DNA of 63,278 nt, filler included, from Actinomycetota bacterium (lineage in GTDB: Bacteria; Actinomycetota; Acidimicrobiia; IMCC26256; VFJJ01): NCBI GenBank assembly GCA_009886115.1. It is 4 parts of 4 records of this genome, joined end to end, with 100 filler letters (N's around TTAATTAATTAA, not from the genome) between each part and the next. Parts side by side here need not be neighbours in the genome. Positions count along the whole stretch, not along the records: positions 1 to 17,373 come from VFJJ01000124.1; 3 more parts are not named here. One strand, written 5' to 3'. Shown here one piece after another: positions 1 to 8,983 of this stretch (its first letter is position 1; each line of letters starts with the position of its first letter). The notes under the pieces were generated by a model. The model saw nothing but the letters and a program-made list of their open reading frames with translations, did no database searches and was not told the origin of the DNA. Both the position numbers and the translations under genes were made by a program.

Positions 1-55
1 CCGCAGTCGCGCCCTGTACGAACTCGATCTAGTACCGACTGGACTCGAAGCATCC

Positions 56-90
56 AAGAAAAGGTGGCGCGGCCCTCAGGCCGCGCCACC
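56..90 (-). terminator. Intrinsic terminator downstream of pilT
   Basis: 12-bp perfect stem GGTGGCGCGGCC/GGCCGCGCCACC (63-90), 4-nt loop, followed on the minus strand by TTTTCTT. Confidence 0.8.
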
Positions 91-110
91 GGCGCGTTCG
101 GGCGTGATCC

Positions 111-1250
111 TCAACCCGCCCAGCGATCGGGGACGCCACCCCGCGCCGGGCGGGGCACCGTCGGGGTGTGGTGGGCGCCGCCGTCGGACGGCCGGACGAC
201 CTCGGCGGGCCAGAGGCTGACGGCCACGGCGTCGTCGTAGGAGACCAGGCGGCGCTCGACGAGGTCGGTGAGCGACATCTCGAGGGTCTGCATGCCCTCA
301 CGTTGGCAGGTGGCGATCACGTTTCGGAGCTGGCGGCTCTTGCCCTCGCGCACGAGGTTGCGCACGGCGCCGTTGCCCAGCAACACCTCGAACGCGGCGA
401 CCCGTCCACCGTCGACCCGGGGCAGGAGGCGTTGGGCCACCACGGCCGAGAGCGTCCCCGAGAGCTGCACCCGGATCTGGGTCTGGCGGTCGGCGGGGAA
501 GACGTCGACGATGCGGTCGACGGCCGACGAGGCGTCGTTGGTATGGAGCGTGGCGAACACCAGGTGGCCCGTCTCGGCGATGGTGAGCGCGACCTGCATG
601 GTCTCGGGGTCGCGCATCTCGCCCAGCATGAGCACGTCGGGGTCTTCCCGCAGCGCGGCCCTCAGCGCCCGCTCGAACGAGTCGCTGTCGGTGCCGATCT
701 CCCGCTGCGACACGGCCGAGCGCCGGTGCTGGTGCACGTATTCGATGGGGTCCTCGATGGTGAGGATGTGACAGCGCCGGTGCTCGTTGATGTGGTCGAC
801 GAGCGACGCCAGCGTCGTCGACTTGCCCGAGCCGGTGGGACCGGTCACCAGCACCAGCCCCTGCGGCAGCGACGCCAGGTTCACGACGGCCTGGGGCAGG
901 CCGAGATCGTCGAAGCTCGGGATGCGGAACGGGATGAGCCGCAGGGCCATGGCCACCGTGTCGCGCTGACGGTAGACGTTCCCGCGGAATCGCGCGATGC
1001 CCTCCCAGCCGAACGAGAAGTCGAGCTCCTTGGTGAGCTCGAAGCTGGCCCAGAGCTCGGGCGGGAGCACCTGGCGCACGATGTGCTCGACCGCCTCGCC
1101 GGTGAGCGCGGCCTCGCCGGGCAGGGGCACGAGCGACCCGTCGACCCGCACCATCGGGGCCGCTCCCGCGACGAGGAGCAGGTCGCTGATCCCCTGGTCC
1201 CACAAGGGCTGCAGCAGCGGGATCAGCGGTCTCGGGTCGACGTTGGCCAT
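111..1250 (-). CDS. pilT: Type IV pilus retraction ATPase PilT
   Basis: GPTGSGKST Walker A, TIEDPIE Asp box, ALREDPD/GEMRD Walker B, AETGHLVFATLH His box, AVRNLVRE motif; start MANVDP preceded by CACAAT-N6. Confidence 0.93.
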   Translation of the reverse strand: MANVDPRPLIPLLQPLWDQGISDLLLVAGAAPMVRVDGSLVPLPGEAALTGEAVEHIVRQVLPPELWASFELTKELDFSFGWEGIARFRGNVYRQRDTVAMALRLIPFRIPSFDDLGLPQAVVNLASLPQGLVLVTGPTGSGKSTTLASLVDHINEHRRCHILTIEDPIEYVHQHRRSAVSQREIGTDSDSFERALRAALREDPDVLMLGEMRDPETMQVALTIAETGHLVFATLHTNDASSAVDRIVDVFPADRQTQIRVQLSGTLSAVVAQRLLPRVDGGRVAAFEVLLGNGAVRNLVREGKSRQLRNVIATCQREGMQTLEMSLTDLVERRLVSYDDAVAVSLWPAEVVRPSDGGAHHTPTVPRPARGGVPDRWAG

Positions 1251-1280
1251 GCCCCCATTGTGCCCCGTCCCCCTCCCCCC

Positions 1281-1335
1281 GATCGACCAAGAGTGAGTAG
1301 AACCCCGCATACCCCGTACAACTCACCCTTGGTCG
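1281..1335. repeat. 55-bp palindromic repeat, copy 1 (contains the stop codon of the adjacent nuclease-like gene)
   Basis: GATCGACCAAGAGTGAGT...ACTCACCCTTGGTCG; 15-nt arms with one mismatch; 51/55 identical to 2397-2451. Confidence 0.9.
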
Positions 1336-2300
1336 GGTGGTGTGGGGGCGTCGGGCGCGGGACCGTCGGGTGTGGGGGCGGCGGGTGTGGGGGCGGCGCC
1401 TCGTGCGGCCAGGGCTGCGCCGACCGTCGCTGCGATCTGCCGGGCGCTGAACGCGGAGGTGATCGCGACCGACAGCCAGCCGGCCGTGGCCACATCGTTC
1501 AGCCGGATCCGATCGTGATCGAAGGCACTGCGCGAGCCGTGCTCGGTCCAGCTGTCGTACTCGATGGCGATCATCAGATCGGGGTACGCAGCATCGAAGC
1601 ACACCGAGCGGCCAGCGACGGTTGTCGGGAACTGCGGCACCGGGGCAGGAAGGCCGGCGCGCACGACGGCCCGCACGACGTCGAGCTCCGGTTCGCTCGC
1701 GCCCGGATGGAACCGCTCGCCTCGAGCTTCGAGGATGGCGCGCATCACCGTGCTCCGGCGCCGGCCCCGTTGCGCCAGATCATCGAAGACCTCTCGCAGC
1801 GCCCTCAGGGTGACGATCCCGCGCCGCAGGCCGTCGTCGAGCGCGCGCTCGACGACGATCGGGGGGACCGGGCGCGCCGTGAGATCCCACAAGGTGCGAG
1901 CGACCGACGTCACCGGCACCCCGTCGACCCGGCCCCGGTGGATCGGGCCGTCGACCCTCGATCGGTGGGCTCGCAGCCCGTCGAGCTGCCGTCGACCCGG
2001 GCCGAACGTCGTGACCTCGATGACCTCCGGGCGCCCGAACCCACGGAGGCACCAGAGATGCGCGGCGGTCCTGAACGACGCAACCGTCGCCCGTCCACCG
2101 GCGAGCACCGCAGCGAGGACGGGCTGCTCCCACCTCGGCCGCGCGCCCGCCACGGCGAGCACCCCACGGCGCACCGGCACGAGCCGACCGGCGTCGATCC
2201 GGTGCTCGATCTGATGTCGGCTCAGGTGCTCCCGGGCCTGATCCCAGGTCACCAACGAGTGCTGACGGGCCGCGAGGGCGAACAGCTCCGTGTCTCCCAT
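1323..2300 (-). CDS. AbiEi-like N-terminal domain / DUF559 (Vsr-like) endonuclease-domain protein
   Basis: N-terminal LAARQHSLVT..GRLVPVRRGV, central GVPVTSVARTLWDL, C-terminal SEPE..PVPQ..FDAAYPDLMIAIEYDS..H..F.HDRIRLN..AGW. Confidence 0.8.
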   Translation of the reverse strand: MGDTELFALAARQHSLVTWDQAREHLSRHQIEHRIDAGRLVPVRRGVLAVAGARPRWEQPVLAAVLAGGRATVASFRTAAHLWCLRGFGRPEVIEVTTFGPGRRQLDGLRAHRSRVDGPIHRGRVDGVPVTSVARTLWDLTARPVPPIVVERALDDGLRRGIVTLRALREVFDDLAQRGRRRSTVMRAILEARGERFHPGASEPELDVVRAVVRAGLPAPVPQFPTTVAGRSVCFDAAYPDLMIAIEYDSWTEHGSRSAFDHDRIRLNDVATAGWLSVAITSAFSARQIAATVGAALAARGAAPTPAAPTPDGPAPDAPTPPDQG

Positions 2301-2396
2301 GATCCGGATCTCAGCACGGCCATAGGACACTCACCGTGACCAGTCAGCCCACCGTGCGCCACCCCCAGCAGCCCCACACCCACCCACACCGACCCA

Positions 2397-2451
2397 GATC
2401 GACCAAGCGTGAGTACAACCCCGCATACCCCGGACAACTCACTCTTGGTCG
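2397..2451. repeat. 55-bp palindromic repeat, copy 2
   Basis: GATCGACCAAGCGTGAGT...ACTCACTCTTGGTCG; same orientation as copy 1, 4 mismatches. Confidence 0.9.
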
Positions 2452-2492
2452 AGGGTTTGGCGGTCTTGGTCGAGGGGGTGGGCCGCCGATGG

Positions 2493-3329
2493 CTACGGGG
2501 TGGGGAGCTGGAGGGTGCCGGTGAAGAACCCCGCGGCCATTCCCTGGTCGGTGTAGAGGACGGTGCCCGAGACCACGCCCATCACCTCGGAGCTGAGCAG
2601 CACGAGGGGCCAGGCCTGCTCGGCGGCCGTGGCCATGCGGCCCAACGTGGGATAGGGGAACGCGTCGAAGTAGGCCCGGCCGAGCTCGGCCACCGTCGGC
2701 ACCATGAACGCGGTGTCGGTCGGGCCGGGGGCGATGCAGTTGGTACGGATGCGGCGCTGCTCACCCCAGGCGACGGCCGTCTGCATCGTCCAGACGATGA
2801 GGCATTCCTTCGAGAACGAGTAGCCCTCGCGGATCTCCTTGGGATGGCTCTCGCACCAGGCCCGGGCCTCGTGAGGATCGGTGATCGCCAGCAACTCCCC
2901 GACTGTCGCCATGTTCGCCAGGTAGCCCATCCCCGCCCCCGAGGAGATCGTGGCGATGGCGCCGCCGTCGACGATGTGCGGCAACAGGGAGTCGGTGAGG
3001 TGGCGCAGGCCCACGTAGTTGACGAGCATGCAGTCGAGCGGGCCGAACGTGTGCGGGATGCCTGCGCAGTTGAACAAGCGGGCCACAGGTCCCCCGCCGG
3101 CTCCGGCGATGGCACCGACCGTGGCATCGATGGCTGCCGGATCACGGAGGTCGGTCTCGTGGTACGCGGCGTGCGGCACGTTCGGGCGCTTCACGTCGAC
3201 AGCGATCACCTCGGCGCCGAGCTCACCGAGGATGCGGGCCGTCGCCTCGCCCATCCCCGACGCGCACCCGGTCACCACGACCCGCAGGCCGTCGTAGCCG
3301 AGCAGGTTCCCATTGCTGACCAGAGACAT
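2493..3329 (-). CDS. SDR oxidoreductase (coniferyl-alcohol/hydroxysteroid dehydrogenase-like)
   Basis: TGCASGMG Rossmann motif, NCAG, YSFSK catalytic motif, IAPGPTDT. Confidence 0.88.
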   Translation of the reverse strand: MSLVSNGNLLGYDGLRVVVTGCASGMGEATARILGELGAEVIAVDVKRPNVPHAAYHETDLRDPAAIDATVGAIAGAGGGPVARLFNCAGIPHTFGPLDCMLVNYVGLRHLTDSLLPHIVDGGAIATISSGAGMGYLANMATVGELLAITDPHEARAWCESHPKEIREGYSFSKECLIVWTMQTAVAWGEQRRIRTNCIAPGPTDTAFMVPTVAELGRAYFDAFPYPTLGRMATAAEQAWPLVLLSSEVMGVVSGTVLYTDQGMAAGFFTGTLQLPTP

Positions 3330-3373
3330 GCCCGTCCTCCATCTGCTCGTGCGTCGCCGCCGTGCGCTTCGCG

Positions 3374-4630
3374 CTACTTGGGGATCTGGGTCCAGGGAAG
3401 GTCGCGGTCGACGCGGGGCTCGCCGGGCAGGCCCAATACCCGCTCGCCCAGGATGTTGCGCATCACCTCGGACGTGCCGCCCTCGATCGAGTTGGCCCGC
3501 GAGCGCAGGAACGACTTGCGGGGATCGCCGCCGTAGATGCGGGTGCCCTCGGGCCGGCCCCCCTTGTAGCCCTCGGGATACAGGAGGCCGTCGGAGCCGA
3601 GGATGGCCATCGCCAGCTCGTAGATCTCCTTGTTCAGCTCGGCCGAGATGAGCTTGCCCACCGAGCCGCCGGGACCGGCCTCGCCGCCACGCCGGCGGTT
3701 GGCCTGGGCCCGCAGGTTCGTGAGCCGGAGGCACTCGGCCTTGATCCACGTTCGCACGTAGCGGTCGCGCAGCACCGCGTCGGTGGGACGGCGCTCGTCC
3801 CACAGGCGGATGACGTCCTGGATGGGGCCACTCCCCCGCCCCTCCTTCGACCCGCCCAGCGCCACCCGCTCGTTCATGAGCGTGGTGATGGCCACGTCCC
3901 AGCCCTTGCCCTCGGGCCCGAGCCGCCAGGCGTCGGGGATGCGGGCGTCGGTGAAGAACACCTCGTTGAACTCGGCCTCGCCGGTGATCTGCACGAGCGG
4001 CCGCACGTCGACGCCCGGTTGGTGCATGTCGACCACGAAGTAGGTGAGGCCCCGGTGCTTGGGTTGGTCGGGATCGGTGCGGGCCACGAGCATCCCGTAG
4101 CGGGCCACATGCGCCAGGGTCGTCCAGACCTTCTGCCCGTTGACGATCCACTCGTCACCGTCGCGCACGGCCCGCGTGGAGAGCGTGGCCACGTCGGAAC
4201 CGGCCGACGGTTCGCTGAAGAGCTGGCACCAGATGTCGTCGCAGGTGAAGATCCGGCGCAGGAACAGCTCGTGGAGCTCATCGGAGCCATGGGCCAGGAT
4301 GGTCGGCGCGGCCATGCCGATGCCCATCGGGTTGACCCACAGGTCGTTGGCCGACACGCCGTGGGCCCGGAGCACCTCGTCGACGACCTGCATCGCCTTG
4401 GGGCTGGCGCCCAATCCCCCCTTGCCTGCGGGGAAGTTCACCCACGCCAGGCCGGCATCGAACTGGGCGCGGCGGAACACCTTGCGATCGGTCGTGCGGG
4501 GCGGCAGGTCGGTGACGAGCTTCGTGGCCCGCTCACGGATCTCTTCGAGGTCGACAGCCTGCCCGCCGTTGGCGCTGGCGGCGGCGCTGGTCTTGGTGGG
4601 CCCGGTGGTCGCGCTGGCTGTTGTGCTCAC
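3374..4630 (-). CDS. Acyl-CoA dehydrogenase family protein
   Basis: WCQLFSEPSAGSD, NGQKVWTT, FNEVFF, SIEGGTSEVMRNILGERVLGLP; GTG start preceded by TACACT-N6. Confidence 0.93.
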   Translation of the reverse strand: MSTTASATTGPTKTSAAASANGGQAVDLEEIRERATKLVTDLPPRTTDRKVFRRAQFDAGLAWVNFPAGKGGLGASPKAMQVVDEVLRAHGVSANDLWVNPMGIGMAAPTILAHGSDELHELFLRRIFTCDDIWCQLFSEPSAGSDVATLSTRAVRDGDEWIVNGQKVWTTLAHVARYGMLVARTDPDQPKHRGLTYFVVDMHQPGVDVRPLVQITGEAEFNEVFFTDARIPDAWRLGPEGKGWDVAITTLMNERVALGGSKEGRGSGPIQDVIRLWDERRPTDAVLRDRYVRTWIKAECLRLTNLRAQANRRRGGEAGPGGSVGKLISAELNKEIYELAMAILGSDGLLYPEGYKGGRPEGTRIYGGDPRKSFLRSRANSIEGGTSEVMRNILGERVLGLPGEPRVDRDLPWTQIPK

Positions 4631-4699
4631 GCCGAAAGTGTACGAATGCCAGCCGCGACCCAACGGCTCGGGTAGCGGTCGGGATCGAGCGCACTGTCG

Positions 4700-5120
4700 C
4701 TGGCGCTCGCCGGGCTGGCCGCAGCGGCGGTGCCCACGCGGCCGGGGCGACGGCCACCGCGAAGATCGGCGCCTCGATGGGGACCCCTCCGAACGATCCG
4801 CGGAACGGCTGGTTGGAGAAGCTGAAGATGCCACCGTCGGCTGCGACCATCAGGTATCCGTTGGCGTAACGCACCATCCCCGTGACCGGTTGGTTGAGCC
4901 TCTGGCCCGGAGCCAGCACCCCGGGGATCGGCCCGATGAAACCGGCGTCGCCGAACGCGAAGGCCCGCCCGAGGTTGGTGAAGATCCAGTAGCCGTTGCC
5001 CGACGGGGTACTCGAGATGCTCGACGCGTACTCGACATCGGCTAACGGCACCTCGAGGATGTCGCCGAACCACGGCGCGTCGCCGAGGTCGAAGAGGGCT
5101 GTTCCGAAACCGACGCTGCG
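4700..5120 (-). pseudogene. Truncated surface-protein repeat domain (GYW..DGGIF.F repeats); boundaries approximate
   Basis: Frame reads FDLGDAPWFGD..GNGYWIFTNLGRAFAFGDA..GYLMVAADGGIFSFS with an in-frame stop just upstream (5121-5123) and no signal peptide; paralogous to the C-terminus of 17474-18923. Confidence 0.6.
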
Positions 5121-5235
5121 TCATGGCGCTCCTCGGTCAGTCATCGGCCTCGAGGAAGAGGAACGCCGTGTAACCCGTCGGTGGCTGGGCAGTCACGCGA
5201 CCTTGAGCGGCCGATGAGCGGTCAGGGGCGAGATG

Positions 5236-6003
5236 TCACTTGGGGGCCATGCGAATTGCCCCGTCGAGGCGGATCGTCTCGCCGTTCAGGTAGGGGTTGG
5301 CCACGATGTGGGCGACGAGGTCGGCGAACTCCGAGGCCAGGCCGAGCCGGCTGGGGAAGGGGACGTCGGCGGCCAGAGCGTCGCGGGCGCCGGGTGGCAG
5401 GGTGTCGAACAGCGGGGTGTCGAACGTCCCGGGGGCGATGGTCATGATGCGGATGCCCGTCCGGGCCAACTCCCGGGCGATCGGCAGCGTCATGCCGACG
5501 ATGGCGCCCTTCGACGCCGAGTACGCCGGCTGGCCGATCTGACCGTCGAACGCCGCGATCGAGGCCGTGTTCACGATCACACCACGCTCGCCGTCGGCCA
5601 GCGGCTCGGCGTCGGCGATGGCAGCCGCGCCCAGTCGGCACACGTTGAACGTACCGATCAGGTTGACCTCGATGACGCGACGGAACTGCGCCAGCGGCAT
5701 CGGTCCGTCCTTGCCCAGCATCTTGCCCGCGATACCGATCCCGGCGCAGTTGACGACGATGCGAACCGGGCCGAGCTCGCGGGCGAGCCCGATCGCGGCC
5801 TGCACGTCGTCCTCACTCGTGACGTCGGCCTCGGCGAAGGCCACCGAGGCCGCTCCGAGCTCGGTGACCAAGGCTCGGCCTCGAGCCGCGTCGCGGTCGA
5901 GGATGACCGCTCGGGCCCCGTCGGCGACGAGTCTCCGCACGGTGGCCTCCCCGAGCCCCGATGCTCCCCCGGTGACCAGAGCGACTGCGCCAGCACGTTC
6001 CAT
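5236..6003 (-). CDS. SDR, 3-hydroxyacyl-CoA dehydrogenase type II (HSD10-like)
   Basis: [48 protein letters not shown]. Confidence 0.93.
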   Translation of the reverse strand: MERAGAVALVTGGASGLGEATVRRLVADGARAVILDRDAARGRALVTELGAASVAFAEADVTSEDDVQAAIGLARELGPVRIVVNCAGIGIAGKMLGKDGPMPLAQFRRVIEVNLIGTFNVCRLGAAAIADAEPLADGERGVIVNTASIAAFDGQIGQPAYSASKGAIVGMTLPIARELARTGIRIMTIAPGTFDTPLFDTLPPGARDALAADVPFPSRLGLASEFADLVAHIVANPYLNGETIRLDGAIRMAPK

Positions 6004-6092
6004 CGTGGTCGTTCTCCCCAGCCGGTGCGATGACGCCGGGCATCGTAGGCGGCGGCCGGCCACGGGCCGCACCCGTCGCCTACCGTCAACGG

Positions 6093-6878
6093 GTGCGCCT
6101 CATGGGGATCGACGGGTGTCGTGGCGGGTGGCTCATCGCCACCGCCACCGCCAGCGCCAGCCGTGTGGAGCGCTGGCCCGAGGTCACCGTCACCGTGACC
6201 GGCATCGAAGTCGTCGCCCGCCTCCGTGACCGACTGGCCGTCGGCGCCGGCGCCAGCGCCGGTACCAGCAGCAACGAGACCGGCAGCAGCGCCACCGGCA
6301 GCGCCGACGCGGACGACGGCTCATGGTTGGCGGCCATCGACATGCCGATCGGTCTCCTCGATGTGCCGACACCGGGTGGCCGAGAGTGCGACCGCGCTGC
6401 TCGACGCCTCCTGGGCCCGCGTCGCTCGTCGGTGTTCTCCCCACCGATCCGGCCCGCGCTCGCCGCAACGAGCTACGCCGATGCCAAGGTGCGCAACGGC
6501 GGGATGACCGTCCAGACCTGGAACATCGTGGCCCGCATCGGCGAGCTCGACACGCTGCTGGCCACGGCACCCTCTCTGGCCATGCACGAGAGCCATCCCG
6601 AGCTGGCGTTCATGCGTCTGGCCAACGGTCGGGCACTCGCTCCGAAGCGGACGGCCGTCGGGCGCTCCGAGCGCACCGCCCTCCTGGCCGAGCATCTCCC
6701 GGGCGCCGCGGCGCACCTGCATGGGCCGTCGCCCCGGGGTGCGGCGCCCGACGACGTGTGCGATGCGCTCGTCCTGTGCCTGACCGCGGGCCGGATCGCC
6801 GCCGGGAGCGCCCAGCGGGTTCCCCAAGGGCCGATCCCCACCGACGCCCGACACCTACCGATGCTCGTGTGGTGGTGA
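6093..6878 (+). CDS. DUF429 family protein (predicted RNase H-like fold)
   Basis: [49 protein letters not shown] preceded by TACCGT-N6. Confidence 0.85.
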   Translation: MRLMGIDGCRGGWLIATATASASRVERWPEVTVTVTGIEVVARLRDRLAVGAGASAGTSSNETGSSATGSADADDGSWLAAIDMPIGLLDVPTPGGRECDRAARRLLGPRRSSVFSPPIRPALAATSYADAKVRNGGMTVQTWNIVARIGELDTLLATAPSLAMHESHPELAFMRLANGRALAPKRTAVGRSERTALLAEHLPGAAAHLHGPSPRGAAPDDVCDALVLCLTAGRIAAGSAQRVPQGPIPTDARHLPMLVWW

Positions 6879-7010
6879 GCGCCCCGTAGCCCAACCCCTG
6901 GCCGGCCGGCCGGGGTCGGACGCCGGAATCGCCGCCGGGACGGTCAGGGGACCCACGACGGGTGCTGTACCTTGGGCGCCGCCCGAGATCGACCAGGGAG
7001 ACCACAACCG

Positions 7011-7418
7011 ATGGAACGACTCAACATCTCGTCGCACTCGCCATGGGAGCTCGTCGTGGGCTACAGCCGGGCGGTCCGCGTCGACAATCGGGTCTGGGTG
7101 GCCGGCACGGCCCCGGCCTGGCCCGACGGCCGTGTCGACCCCGACCCCGCAGTCCAGGCCCGCCGCTGCTTCGAGATCATCGACATCGCCCTGGCCCAGG
7201 CCGGAGGGTCGCTGGCCGACGTGGTGCGCACCCGCATCTTCCTGACCGACGCCGCCGATTTCGACGCCATCTCCAAGGTCCACGGCGAGCTCTTCGCTGC
7301 GATCAGGCCCGCCAACACCACGCTGGTGGTCGCAGCGCTGCTCGCTCCCGAGTGGAAGGTGGAGATCGAGGTCGACGCCGTGCTCGGCGAGCGGGTCCGC
7401 GAACCCAACTGGGGCTGA
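7011..7418 (+). CDS. RidA/YjgF family protein
   Basis: SPWELVVGYSRAVRV, VAGT, DVVRTRIF, IRPANT, VEIEVDA. Confidence 0.92.
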   Translation: MERLNISSHSPWELVVGYSRAVRVDNRVWVAGTAPAWPDGRVDPDPAVQARRCFEIIDIALAQAGGSLADVVRTRIFLTDAADFDAISKVHGELFAAIRPANTTLVVAALLAPEWKVEIEVDAVLGERVREPNWG

Positions 7419-7528
7419 GCCCGCCAGATCCCGCCGAACGGGGTGAAGCATTGGTCACGACAACGTCACACGACCGTCCAGGTGACCTGTGCTCGAAGGG
7501 GGACGAGAACCCGTAGCCCGCGCGGTGC

Positions 7529-8983
7529 CTACTCGGGCTCGGGTGTGGTAGCTGCGTCGGCGCCGTCGACCTCGATGGCCACCAGCGCCACGCGGAGGCC
7601 GTCCATCGTGACGACACGGAGCCGCCACCGGGCTCCCGAACCGGTGGCCGGCGCCACCTCGACGATGTCGCCCGCCACCGGGATGCGCCCCAGCCGAGCG
7701 AGCACGTACCCGCCCAGGGTGTCGTAGTCGCCCCCGGGAAGCTCGAGGCCGCAGTCGCTGAGGAGCTGGTCGGGTCGGACCGACCCCGCGGCCCGGTACC
7801 GTCCTCCCGCGACCCGCCAGACGTGACGTTCACGACGATCGTGCTCGTCGCGGATCTCGCCCACGAGCTCCTCGAGCACGTCCTCGAGGGAAGCTACCCC
7901 GGCCGTGCCGCCGTGCTCGTCGACGACGAGCGCGAAGTGCAGGCGACGACGGCGCATGTCGAGCAGAAGATCGGACAGGCGCCGGCTCTCGGGCACGAAC
8001 AGCATCTGCCGCACCAGCGCTCGATCGAGTGGCGCGTCGAGGCCGTCCTGGTCGAGCTCGAGCAGGTCCTTGGCATGCACGAAACCGACGACGTGGTCGA
8101 CGTCGGTCTCGAAGACGGGAATCCGCGATCGTCCCGACCGGGCGACGGTGGCCGCGATCTCGCCGGCCGTCGACGCAACCGACATGGCGACCACGTCGGG
8201 ACGGGGGATCATCACCGCGGCCGCGTCGAGCTGACCGAAGCCCAATGCCCCGGTCAGCAACCGGTGCTCGAACTCCTCGATGACCCCTTCCCGGGCCGAC
8301 TCGGCGACCATGGCCGCGATGTCGTCGACGGACGCCGCGGCCGCCAGGTCGCCCCGGGGCGTGACCCCGAACATGCGGACACCGAGGTTCCCGATCTTCT
8401 CCAGCGCCCAGATGACGGGCTGGAAGGCGGCGGTGAAGCCGCGGAGCGGGATGGCCGTCGCCAGCAGGGTCGCCGAGGGAAACGTGAGCGCCAGGTTCTT
8501 GGGCACCATCTCGGCGAAGGTCGTGTGCACGAACGTGACGAGGGCCAGCGTGGCGACGACCGAGGCCGTCGTGACCACGCCGTGCGGCAGCCCGCCGAAG
8601 CTGTCGAAGAGCCGCTCGAAGAGCACCTCCACCGTGGGCTCGGCCACGAACCCGAGCAGCAACGACACCACGGTGATGCCGAGTTGGGTCGCGGCGAGCA
8701 TCACCGAGAGATGGTCGATGCAATACAGCCCCGCCCGGGCCCGAGCCCCCAGATGGCCGGCGCCGCCGGTGCGCTCCTCGAACTCGGTCCGGCGTGTGGC
8801 GATCAGCCCGAACTCGGCGGCCACGAAGAAGGTGTTCAGCACCAGCAGCACGACGCCGAGGAGGAGCAGGAGGGGGTCGACGCTGGCCGCCGACTCGGCC
8901 GCGGCGTGACCCTCGACCTCGGCGCCCTGGCGAGCGAGCCCCAGAACGGTCGCGATCACGGCGGGATCGCCGTGGAGATTCAT
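7529..8983 (-). CDS. CNNM/hemolysin-family protein (DUF21-CBS-CorC)
   Basis: FFVAAEF, QLGIT, EMVPKN, SRIPV, VVDEHGGTAG..LEDVLEELVGEIRDEHD. Confidence 0.92.
   Translation of the reverse strand: MNLHGDPAVIATVLGLARQGAEVEGHAAAESAASVDPLLLLLGVVLLVLNTFFVAAEFGLIATRRTEFEERTGGAGHLGARARAGLYCIDHLSVMLAATQLGITVVSLLLGFVAEPTVEVLFERLFDSFGGLPHGVVTTASVVATLALVTFVHTTFAEMVPKNLALTFPSATLLATAIPLRGFTAAFQPVIWALEKIGNLGVRMFGVTPRGDLAAAASVDDIAAMVAESAREGVIEEFEHRLLTGALGFGQLDAAAVMIPRPDVVAMSVASTAGEIAATVARSGRSRIPVFETDVDHVVGFVHAKDLLELDQDGLDAPLDRALVRQMLFVPESRRLSDLLLDMRRRRLHFALVVDEHGGTAGVASLEDVLEELVGEIRDEHDRRERHVWRVAGGRYRAAGSVRPDQLLSDCGLELPGGDYDTLGGYVLARLGRIPVAGDIVEVAPATGSGARWRLRVVTMDGLRVALVAIEVDGADAATTPEPE

Noticed and set aside
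168..2339. Long antisense or alternate-frame ORFs (e.g. 168-2339, 24007-26262, 29410-31800, 52510-54915)
   Set aside because: Shadow ORFs expected in high-GC DNA opposite well-supported genes; no recognisable motifs.
1281..2451. Possible CRISPR array from the 55-bp repeats
   Set aside because: Only two copies, separated by a 1-kb gene, and no cas genes.
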